Positions 20,177 to 30,004 of a stretch of 64,000 bases of DNA are shown here, piece after piece. A program made the translations under genes and the position numbers. Under the pieces are notes generated by a model. That model saw only the letters and a program-made list of their open reading frames with translations, ran no database searches and was not told where the DNA came from. Source of the stretch: Nitrosopumilus sp. (GTDB lineage Archaea; Thermoproteota; Nitrososphaeria; Nitrososphaerales; Nitrosopumilaceae); NCBI GenBank assembly GCA_965238275.1, contig OZ250186.1, positions 320,001-384,000 of the forward strand. Reading direction: 5' to 3'. Every line of letters begins with the position of its first letter. Positions within the stretch are counted from its first letter, which is position 1.

Positions 20177-22264
20177 ATGGCAGATACAAATAGCCTTCAG
20201 CTGGGTAAGGTTTCAATGAGGAATTACAAGGCGTACCGTGGGGATGTATCAGTAGAGATGTCCCTAGAACAGGATAAGACCATCACAATCATCCACGGTG
20301 AGATGGGTAAGGGGAAGACCACGTTATTGGAGGCAATCTACTGGTGCCTGTATGGAGAGGAGCGGTCTGCGACGGACAGTGACGATGGTATACTGAACAG
20401 CGACGTTCTGAATCAGTTGGAAGTGGGTGGTGGAGATGAGACATCTGTTGAGATATCTCTGCATGTGCAGGGCGAGTTGAGATACAAGATAAAACGCGCA
20501 GTACAATTTGACAAGAAGAACGAGTCGGCCGAGAGCAGAAGGCACAAGTTGGTTGGAGGGAGTCTGCCAAGCGGAATTGAAATAACCGAGAATGTGGAAT
20601 ACAGCGAGTTGCCCCCACGATCAGATGACTGGATGGTGCTACACAACTCTTCGAGGATATCAGACAAGATAGAGAACCTGTTTCCCAGATCGCTGTCGTC
20701 GTATTTTCTGTTCGATGCGGAACTTCTTGACAAATTCTTCAAGACCGATGACGAGATCCTTGTAAGGAATGGCATTGAGAAGATATCTGGCATACCAGTA
20801 ATTGACAATGCCACAAAACACCTAAAGCAATCTAGCAGTACAATTAGGAAAGACATAAAGGAAATTAATCTGGATCCGATCACAAACCAAATGTCGCACT
20901 GGGAGCAGGCAAGAAAAGAAAGCAAGGCGACGATTGACGAGACAGATTCACGCTTGAATAAGATTAATGCTAAAATAGAACACATCGAATATTATCTGAG
21001 AAACCACAGTGAGGAGCTCATAAATTCTACCCAGGGAAAGTTGGATGCCATTAACTATAGCATAAAGAAGATTAACGATAATAGAAAGAAAAATCAGCAC
21101 CACATGAATGACTGGATCTTGTCATCTAACGTAATGTTGCAGCTGAAGGGTGTCATAGAGTGCAGCATTGAACTGTGTGACGCATGGGAGAAAGAGGGTA
21201 AGATCCCGATCGCAGTAAGCAAACATACTCTTAACGGCATATTACACAACAAGCCACCTACGTGTATATGCGGTGCGTCACTGGATGATGGAAGCACGGG
21301 CAGACGCCATATTGAGGATCTGTTGGGGGAGAGTCTGGCCGAGTCGCCGGTAATCCAAAACATATCAACCGGAAGGGGACATTGGGCAGACATGGTAGAA
21401 AAGACAGAACATATCCGTGATGAGCTTGCAGAGTTGAGAGCAGAACGTAGTAGTGCCAATTCTGAGTACGATACCCAGAACGCCAAGAGAAAGGAATGCG
21501 GACATATACTTGAAGCGCACAACGTGGACGAAGTCAAGCAACAATCTCAGAGTCTACGAGATCTCATTAAGGAAAAGAGAGATCTAGACGGTAAAAAGGC
21601 CATGGCGCAAGATAAAATGGCACGTGCGGAAAGGGAATATGCACAACTTGAACAAAAATACGACGAAACACTAAAGCGTACCCGCAAGTACGAGTCGCAG
21701 AGAAATCGGATAGCTTTGGCACAGACTCTTTCCACCATGCTTTCCAAGTGTTGCACCGATCTGATCGAGGAGATGCGTAACATCGTGGCAAAAAGAACTG
21801 AAAAGTACTTCTTTAGGCTGGTGTCGAATGACAATTTTGCAAATATAGAGATCTGTCCGGATTACAAGACGGTGGCAGTAGGCCATGATGGGAAGAGCAA
21901 GTCTCTTTCGGCGGGACAGAGCTGTTGCCTTGCGCTGTCGTACATAGCTTCCATACGCGACATCGCAGAGAAAAACTACTTTATGGTAATAGACTCACCA
22001 TTCCACAACATATCCCAAGATGAGAGAGTGGGCATAGCTCAGAACCTCCCAAAATTCATCCCCGGAACACAGTTAACTTTTCTAGTGCAGGATCAAGAGT
22101 ACACGGGCCATGCTCAGAAAGGCATCATCGGGGAAGAAATTCAGTCGGTTAGGAAGACATTCATGGACAACAAGAGTCTGTGGCGGGAGTATCTCTTGGA
22201 GAAAAACAAAGAACTTGGTGACATGTCACCTCGTACGACCATCAAGGTGGTAGAAGAACAATGA
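20177..22264 (+). CDS. pbeC: PbeC-like SMC/Rad50-type ATPase
   Basis: GEMGKGKTT, YFLFDAE, central CICG hook, LSAGQ, VIDSPF. Confidence 0.8.
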   Translation: MADTNSLQLGKVSMRNYKAYRGDVSVEMSLEQDKTITIIHGEMGKGKTTLLEAIYWCLYGEERSATDSDDGILNSDVLNQLEVGGGDETSVEISLHVQGELRYKIKRAVQFDKKNESAESRRHKLVGGSLPSGIEITENVEYSELPPRSDDWMVLHNSSRISDKIENLFPRSLSSYFLFDAELLDKFFKTDDEILVRNGIEKISGIPVIDNATKHLKQSSSTIRKDIKEINLDPITNQMSHWEQARKESKATIDETDSRLNKINAKIEHIEYYLRNHSEELINSTQGKLDAINYSIKKINDNRKKNQHHMNDWILSSNVMLQLKGVIECSIELCDAWEKEGKIPIAVSKHTLNGILHNKPPTCICGASLDDGSTGRRHIEDLLGESLAESPVIQNISTGRGHWADMVEKTEHIRDELAELRAERSSANSEYDTQNAKRKECGHILEAHNVDEVKQQSQSLRDLIKEKRDLDGKKAMAQDKMARAEREYAQLEQKYDETLKRTRKYESQRNRIALAQTLSTMLSKCCTDLIEEMRNIVAKRTEKYFFRLVSNDNFANIEICPDYKTVAVGHDGKSKSLSAGQSCCLALSYIASIRDIAEKNYFMVIDSPFHNISQDERVGIAQNLPKFIPGTQLTFLVQDQEYTGHAQKGIIGEEIQSVRKTFMDNKSLWREYLLEKNKELGDMSPRTTIKVVEEQ

Positions 22265-22725
22265 GCAACAGGATATCAAGACTGTTGCAGGCAGACTGGC
22301 CGGCACACATGTCGTACGACAAGGATGAACCGGATGTAGAGGGTTTTTATTCTACGATCAGTGGGACGGTTAGGGAAAAGACCTCAATATTCAACAACAA
22401 GAGACAGATAGACATATTCCTTTTGGCAATGGCGATGGGAATTGAGATGGGTGAGAGAAAGAAGCTGAAAAGACCATCGCAGACGCTCCGCCGCGATGCA
22501 TTGACCGAGATAGAGGTGTGGATGATGTGCAGTGTAGCCCTTGCCGAGGAACGCACCTTGGACGTACTGGCCAACCCATCAAGGGTAATCAAGATTTGTG
22601 AAGAATACTCCAACGGGGGCATAAATACACTGATGAGCCTCAACATGCTCAGCGGCAGCAATATATCGGAACCATATGAGGAGTCACTTGAGAATTTTCT
22701 AGACAAGCACATGTCCAAAGACTGA
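22261..22725 (+). CDS. pbeD: PbeD-like / DndE-like small protein
   Basis: DIFLLAMAMG...ICEEYSNGGI pattern; overlaps the ATPase stop. Confidence 0.65.
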   Translation: MSNRISRLLQADWPAHMSYDKDEPDVEGFYSTISGTVREKTSIFNNKRQIDIFLLAMAMGIEMGERKKLKRPSQTLRRDALTEIEVWMMCSVALAEERTLDVLANPSRVIKICEEYSNGGINTLMSLNMLSGSNISEPYEESLENFLDKHMSKD

Positions 22726-22740
22726 TGAGCAAAGAACCAC

Positions 22741-25146
22741 ATGTCCTGTACCTCTGATTTTAAATCTAAATGCGATCCAACTATAACCAACCTAGATTCA
22801 GATGGGATCATTCGAGCAAATATGTTAGTCTCAGTTGCCATAAAGGCAAACCGAAAACATCCGCTCTTGTTTCTTCCAGATTTTGTGGAGGACTTGTTCA
22901 ATGGCATGTATAGCCGCAAGATGATGAATAAACATCACATACACACATACAACGACTTTAACACGATGACATCATCAACCCTCGGATTTAACGGGCAGAG
23001 AACCAAGAGTCATAACGAGGACTGTCTAGAGAAAAACTTGGCGATACGTGACTGGCGACAGCAGTACGATATCTTCATGTCCCAATTTAGATTGTTTCGT
23101 TCACAGTTAGTAGATATGTTTAACTGTAGTCTACTCAGAACACTTGTAGCACATACTGTATTGAGGCTACAGTACATCCCATACAATAACACAGAAAAGT
23201 CGGTGATTGAGTCTTACAACGCTCTAAAGGCAGACATTCATATTCCGCGGGACGCGGTATTTGAAGACTATATTGCAGATGGATTTGTACATAAAATCGA
23301 TTCTGCCACAGCACACATGGCGCACGAGTCCCTCCTGACACGCATAGAAGGAGATATCTCATTACCAGCCAAGTACACACATGTGAGAGTTGCGATGCAG
23401 AATATGATAAAAAACAACAAGGGTGGTATACAGTACCAGAGTCTAATGACAAAGGTTCTAGGAGAGTTTCCGCTATTTCGGATGCTGCCTGGCAGAGGTG
23501 AGATCGACTACATGCTAGATAACCTAGAGCACGATGGAGATATAATCTGCAAACAGGCGTTTTGGAAATTTGCGCCATTTTCTAACCATCTTTTCTCCTC
23601 TGATTCTTACAGGGCTAGTATAGAGGCGATGAAGGCACAGGCGGTGTCAATGGGGCGTATCAAGTTCTTTGGACGGCGTATGACGCCGGATCGATTCGTA
23701 TCGGAACTGCATGCTCTCGAAGCCGGTGACTTAGACGACAGAGACGACCAAGTTACACGGATTGCCGGATTGGTGCTGAGCGACGCGGTATTGCTTCAGA
23801 GCCCGGCGGAGCATGTACCAGGATTCGACTTTGTGATGGATTTTACGAACTACAACTTTAGGCCCGAACAGGAGGACATGATGAAAAAACTCAACTTTGT
23901 GGTGCGATCAAAAACCATTCACTGTAAGGTAATGATAAAAGACACGATCACATCACATGAAATTGATGAGCTACACAAGATCGTTCCGGACGACGAACAG
24001 GGGGTAGTGTTTACGTGCAGTCCGGTATCTCAGGTCGTCAAGCGACAGACGCTGAACAACAGGACGATCCAGATAATCGACGAGGGCGGCATACGCGCTT
24101 GGTGCGCTATCACATCCACCATGCCATGTAGGCTCAACTCCGTTGCCCGAGTCAGGTATGGAGATGACAGGGGAAAGGCAGTCATGGTAGAGTCTGTCAA
24201 CTATGAATCTGGCATGGCTGTTGTGAAGGCGGTGCCTGATCGCAAGGAAATGACACTTCCAATTGGATGTCTTGAGGAGATCGGTCCTGACGTGGATATT
24301 TTGATAGATACTGAATCTGAAAACCTCGTACGTGCACAAAGGAAAATGACACGTCTGGAAAATGACTTTTCAACTGATCCGGTGGACAAGATTCTCAATC
24401 AGGTAGTGAATAACGAATCAGTACATGTAGATGACGATTTTATCACCGCCTCAGAGGAGTACTTCGGGTTCTTATGCAATTTGGCTAGCTTGGCAGGGAA
24501 TACGTTTGAGACAGGACTGAGTTTGAACGTGCATGCAATCCACAGAACACGTATGGGATTGATGAAAAGCATCAAGCCTGAAACGTTTGATGGACCTCAT
24601 CCAGATATTGACATTTCCGAAGAATCTCGACATGTTAGGTATGTGGAGTTCAAGAACGGTATACACTCTACAATCAACATGTTTTCACTTGCAAGTGGCA
24701 GTTCATTCGCGTGCGAGTGTTTTCACAGACTTAACGAGACGTACCGTTTTACCCTGTGCAGCCACATGGTAGCAGCCATTATCCGACTAGGGTTTGAGGA
24801 GCATAGAAATTGGAAGTTTGCGAGGCATCGAATATCCACGTTTCAAGAGGGGTTGAATGCACTCAGAATGAAGAATGTTATGAGAGGGATACTTGCATTA
24901 CGTGACGTGATTGGGGACAATTCGAAACAATTGATCAAAGAATACATTTGGTCTTATATGGCGAACAATGACGAAGATCAAGAAGCCACGAATACTACAG
25001 GTTTCTGTAATGCTGAAAAAAACATTCGCGATTTGCTGGAGAATAATTCCGAACTGTTGAAACTCTTAGAAATTTTGGGGGCGGACATATCTAAGCTGGA
25101 CGAGAATTCACTGAAGCGTGTAGTCAACGCACTGTATGATCATTAG
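22741..25146 (+). CDS. Large hypothetical protein with possible wHTH, restriction-endonuclease-like region and SWIM motif
   Basis: 801-aa ORF co-oriented with pbe genes; FACECFHRLNETYRFTLCSHMVAA (CxC..CxH). Confidence 0.6.
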   Translation: MSCTSDFKSKCDPTITNLDSDGIIRANMLVSVAIKANRKHPLLFLPDFVEDLFNGMYSRKMMNKHHIHTYNDFNTMTSSTLGFNGQRTKSHNEDCLEKNLAIRDWRQQYDIFMSQFRLFRSQLVDMFNCSLLRTLVAHTVLRLQYIPYNNTEKSVIESYNALKADIHIPRDAVFEDYIADGFVHKIDSATAHMAHESLLTRIEGDISLPAKYTHVRVAMQNMIKNNKGGIQYQSLMTKVLGEFPLFRMLPGRGEIDYMLDNLEHDGDIICKQAFWKFAPFSNHLFSSDSYRASIEAMKAQAVSMGRIKFFGRRMTPDRFVSELHALEAGDLDDRDDQVTRIAGLVLSDAVLLQSPAEHVPGFDFVMDFTNYNFRPEQEDMMKKLNFVVRSKTIHCKVMIKDTITSHEIDELHKIVPDDEQGVVFTCSPVSQVVKRQTLNNRTIQIIDEGGIRAWCAITSTMPCRLNSVARVRYGDDRGKAVMVESVNYESGMAVVKAVPDRKEMTLPIGCLEEIGPDVDILIDTESENLVRAQRKMTRLENDFSTDPVDKILNQVVNNESVHVDDDFITASEEYFGFLCNLASLAGNTFETGLSLNVHAIHRTRMGLMKSIKPETFDGPHPDIDISEESRHVRYVEFKNGIHSTINMFSLASGSSFACECFHRLNETYRFTLCSHMVAAIIRLGFEEHRNWKFARHRISTFQEGLNALRMKNVMRGILALRDVIGDNSKQLIKEYIWSYMANNDEDQEATNTTGFCNAEKNIRDLLENNSELLKLLEILGADISKLDENSLKRVVNALYDH

Positions 25147-25187
25147 TATCAGTTCCATGTACCTGCGTATATACCAAAAGTGAAAAG

Positions 25188-26230
25188 TTGATGCGATTGT
25201 CACATATTTTACCGCATCTAAAGTTATACCAATTTCACGTCCCACAGTCAATGAAGATCAAGACGATGTTGAAAAGATACGCCGCTGAGACAGACTGCGA
25301 TACCAAGGACCGCATGATGCTGATCATCAGAGTCAAACGTGACGGGATAACCATGAGGGATTCTGCAAAATCCCTGGGAAAGTCAGCCTCGTGGGGCTAC
25401 AAGTGGCACGAGCGCTACCTGGAAGTCGGATTTGACAGGCTGGGAAACATGCCGCGTTCCGGCAGGCCGACCAAGGCGAGCAAGGCAGACATGAAGAAGA
25501 TCAGAAAGGCCGCATGCAGAAAACCTGTCTGGACGGGCATGGAGATGCAGCAATACATCCAACAGAAGACCGGAGTAAGGTACGAACTCGGATATGTGCG
25601 CCAGATACTGCGCGGGTGGGGCTATTCCCAGAAGGTTCCCGTAGGAAAACATGCAAGGGCACCTGACGAGGAGATCAGGAAATTCCAAAAAGAGATGCCA
25701 GAGCTTATAAAAAAAAGAACAGCGAAGGAACAGTCGTAGCGATACAGGACGAGTCCATAGTAATCTCCGATGCGCGGCCGCGAAGACGCGGCTACACCAG
25801 GAAGGGAATACGGGCGTTTTTCACGTACACCGGCTCACACTCCAAGACGATAATCCACGGACTGATCACCACGGACGGCAGGGGCATGTTCCGGCAGTAC
25901 GACGCGTTTACCAAGGACACCTTTGAGGACTTTCTAAGGCAGGCGATGTACAGGTTCAAGAAGATCTGCCTGATCATGGACAAGGCCTCCCAGCACAGGG
26001 CATCAAACATACGCAAACTGCTTGATGGCACAGACGGCCTGGAGATAGTCTTCCTGCCAACTGCAACCCCGGACCTGAGCGCCATAGAGACGTACTGGAG
26101 GGATCTCAAACGGGCAGTGCTTGACGTGCCGTACACCAGCCTGAGCATGCTCCGCGAGGCGATCACCAGGTACACGAGGTACAAAAAACCGAATCTGGTC
26201 GTTGAAAACTTTCTGTACAGGGCCATCTAG
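25188..26230 (+). mobile_element. IS630-family transposase split by a -1 frameshift
   Basis: HTH ORF (PRSGRP) then -1 frame IQDES / IMDKASQH / PDLSAIETYW; A8G slippery run at 25709-25717; element ends not resolved. Confidence 0.88.
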
Positions 26231-26766
26231 AACGACATCAAACCGCACCGGACCCACGCCGCCTAGCGTGTGCCATGCACGGCGCACCAGAGCATGCAAT
26301 GTCTAATGTTCGGGGCGTCTTTTCTCGTCATTTGGGAATTCAACGCACCTCGTAATTTCCAGAGACGGCTGTTGCATCAAAAATTTATGAGCGATTTTGA
26401 TATGAATTTTTCATTGCTGGTATACATCAGCATTCACAAAGATAATTCTAAGAGTTCTAGGAAAAACAAGGAAAAAAAATTGATATGGGATTACCACCCA
26501 ATATGCAACTCCCAACACAACTAGGATTCATTCCACCTTATCCTTCTTTCCCGATCAGCTACTATGTCCATAACACGTTTGTAGCCTCCCACAGAACGCC
26601 AATCAATCTCCGGGTAGTCACCACATTTGCAATTTTTCCTAGTCAGGTTGTCGTTAATTATCACGGTTTTGCCGTAGCGGTGTTTCCTTCTCAAAAAACA
26701 GATCATCTTGTGGATCTGCCGTAAAGGAGTGCCCATGCCGCCGCCAGCCTCGTTGCTTTCTTCATT

Positions 26767-28192
26767 AGAGAATATGCGTAATCCCCCTGTTCACACCGAT
26801 AAATTTAGATCAGGCACGATCGCGTCTCACATCAAATGCCAGACTCGCCTGATCAGATCATACACAGATTGGAACAGGAAAACAAAAATCTGAAAAAAAT
26901 TTTAAATCAGAAAGACAGGGAGTTGGGCCTTGAGCGCGGCCTGTGGAGGAGCAGGGATGATGGCTGGAACCCCGGCAAGGGACCTGTGCTGCACCGGCTA
27001 GAAGTGCTAGACGACATAATACGCGATGGGGACAAGCTCCGTCAGGCCACGCTGGCAGACGGGGAACAGTTCCGGTACATGCTGGAACGGGCCAAGGTGT
27101 TTCTGACGCATTCGGGCCAGATGCCGCTGTTCCGCGATAACGCATCCCGGGTCTCCGATCCCGGAAACCGGTGCAAGCTGTACCTGAGACACGCGCTGCT
27201 CATGACACTTGTCCACAAAAAGGACAACCCCACCCAGGGCGTGCTTGCCGCGTTCTTCGGGATAGACCAGACCACCGTATCCCGGTACATTCCAGTGATG
27301 GATGCGATGCTGGCAGGAATACTTCCGACGGCAGACAACATATCCGAGGAGGTTGCTGCTGCCCCGGCCAAGGAGGATTTCAAGAAGATCGTGCCCGGGC
27401 TCGACGGGGGCAAGATCTTCATAGACGGCACGCACTGCCCCATACAGCGCCTGTCTGTAAAGTCAGTCCGGCGCATGAAATACTCCGGCAAGAAGAAAAA
27501 ATTCACCAACAATACCAACGTGTACACCAACCAGAACGGGGTGGTGATTGGCATATCAAAAAGCACCGTCGGGTCAGTCGGCGACATCACGCTTCTCAAG
27601 GAACGCCCCATGCCGTTTGGAAAATGGGAGAAGGCGATGCACGATCCGGACCTGCCAGAATCAGACGGGTGCCACCCATTCGTCGACCGCGGCTATCAGG
27701 GAGTCGCAGACCACTTGCCCGGCACCACGCCGGAGATCCCGTACAAGAAGACCAGGGACACGCCGCTGACGCAGGAGCAAAAAAAGCACAACCACAGGAT
27801 CAACTCCACCCGGGTGTTGGTGGAGCACACGATAGGCAGGCTCAAGCGCTACGCGCGCCTCACCGACCCGTACGACGGGACGGCGGCTCAGTTCAACAGG
27901 GAGTTTAACGTGATCACCGGACTGGTAAACCTGAACCTTTTGTGGGACTTTATAGAAAAGGATCCGCCGCCACCCGGGCAGTGGAAGACGTCAGTAGACT
28001 GGGACAGGGCCTGCTCCAAAGCTCCGGTTCAGTAGAATTCAGGGCACGATGAAGTGCTGCAAGGCTGCGCATGTTATTTTGGATTTTGAGGCGAGCGGAC
28101 TTGCCACATGCCCGACACGAGTAGTTTTGGGCCGTATTTTTCCGGTTTTTTATGGCCGGACTGGCAAAATGGATGGATTACGCATATTTTCT
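26767..28192 (+). mobile_element. IS5/ISL2-like (DDE_Tnp_4) element, copy 1; transposase 26836-28035
   Basis: Imperfect TIR agagaatatgcgtaatcc / ggattacgcatattttct, 3-bp TSD ATT; IDGT, YSGKKK, DRGYQG, RVLVEH. Confidence 0.92.
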
Positions 28193-28226
28193 ATTCATTC
28201 TATCACCCCCTGTTTCAAAGAAAAAC

Positions 28227-29909
28227 GTAACTGTATAGTTTTTTGATCAAATGTTGAACTCCATGCCTACGTGCGTCTATGCAGTTTTTTGACGTGGAGT
28301 CAGGCCCTCGCGTAAGACCGTGCCAAGATCATCTCCCCTTGCCTTGCATGTCTGCTTGATGCTCATCAGCGTGGCAATGGCATCTGCGCCCTTTTTTGAC
28401 CTGCTCCCGTTGCTGTTCTTGCGCAGGATGACGCACGGCCTGATGGCCCGCTCTGCCCGGTTGTTGTGGTATTCGACGCCGTCTGTCTCCAGAAACGCAA
28501 ACAGGTGATCCCCCTCCCGCACCAGCCTCTTGCGCATCCTGTTGCAGTGCTTGCAGTCGCGGTCCTTTTCGAGCCTGCCGATAAGTGACGCGATGCGACG
28601 ATCCAGCCTCTTCTTTGTTGCCAGTGCTTTGGCACCTCCAGAAACGATGCCGTCGATGTGCGAGTCCCACAGTATCGCGCGCAGCGTCCTTGCGTGTCGC
28701 TTGTAGTCATCGCCGGGATTCTTGTATTTCAGGGTGTCCTTGATGTCCCGGGCGTAATGAAGGTGGCACTTTTGGTGCATGCTCCCGATGACGTTCCACG
28801 CGGCCCACGAGTCAGACGTGACGCATCCCGGGTAGTCCTTGCCGAGCATCTTTTTTGGAACCTTCGAGTTCCTGTGGCGGTGCACCTCGTAGATTACGGC
28901 GTACCTGGCTACAGCCACCCACAGCCAATAGTTTGTGCCGTCGACGCGCCAGATTGTCTCGTCCCCGTTTATCGCAGGCGAGTTTCTTACCTCCTCCCTG
29001 ATCTTCTCGTACAGTGGCCCGAGCTCCCGGGCCATCCTGCACACCATGCGGTTTATCGCAGATTCCGTGATTCTTGCCGAGTACATCATCATGACAATAT
29101 TGCATATTCTGAGGTCTGACATGCCGTGCAGCCGGAGGATGACCATCATTATCATAAAGTTGATCCCGTACCTGGAGTTTGGCAGTGCCAGCGGAGTCCT
29201 GCCGGACACGGTCCTCTTGCAGTTCCTGCAACGCCTTCTCTTTACTGTCACCTTGATGTGCTTTAGTTCCGTCTTGGCAGCCTCCCTTACCACCTTTGTG
29301 TACGTGGACACGCATTCTGAGAGGTCGGAGCTGCCGCAGTTGCCGCACGTGTGCGGATCTGCTGTCTCCTCTGCGTCTATTCTTTCAGGACGCGCAAGGC
29401 CCGTGCGTTTGTGGTCACTTGGCTTGCCCTTGCCCTTGCCCTTGCCCTTTGCGCGGCGCCGGGTACTGCCGGTCTTTTTGTCCGGTTTTGCGCCGATGCT
29501 CCTTGCAACGGCAGCCGATATGATGCCCTTTGCCTCCTGCAACTCTGCCGTGAGATCCTGGATCTGTTTGAGGGCGGCAGCGTAAAGATCAGCGAGTTTG
29601 GCCATCTGCCGGTCTTTTTCGGCCATCTGCCGGTCTTTTTCGGCCATCTGCCGGTCTTTTTCGGCCATCTGCCGGTCTTTTTCGGCCATCTGCTCTGCCA
29701 TCACACCCACTTTTTCCTCCAGTTTTGCAATCCTTGACTCGGAATTATCATCAGACATATGCAAACCGTGGGCAACAATGATCTAAAAATTAGGACGGAG
29801 AGAAAAACTCGATCAAGTGATCAAAAATAGTTTTAAAAAATTAGACAGACGCGGATTTTCTGATTGTAGATATGGAGTTCAACATTTGATCAAAAAACTA
29901 CACAGATAC
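28227..29909 (-). mobile_element. IS66-family single-ORF element; transposase 28277-29764
   Basis: TIR gtaactgtatagttttttgatcaaatgttgaactccat, 8-bp TSD agaaaaac; GDET, QKCHLH, NNRAERAIR. Confidence 0.93.
29598..29691 (-). repeat. 21-bp tandem repeat encoding the AEKDRQM heptad
   Basis: ggccatctgccggtctttttc about 4.5 times. Confidence 0.9.
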
Positions 29910-30004
29910 AGAAAAACTTGTATCTCGGGTCACTGACTTTACACCCCTTGCGGGCCACCGCGTCCAGCTCCCGATAACGTTACAGAACTGTTTTAAGATA
30001 AGTT

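Noticed and set aside
26521-26736. 71-aa ORF between IS630 and the ISL2-like element
   Set aside because: Could be a real small gene, but there is no motif or context strong enough to call it
26761-28198. 5-bp TSD ttcat for the ISL2-like element
   Set aside because: Not reproduced at the other two copies; a 3-bp AWT TSD fits all three and restores the CD-NTase frame
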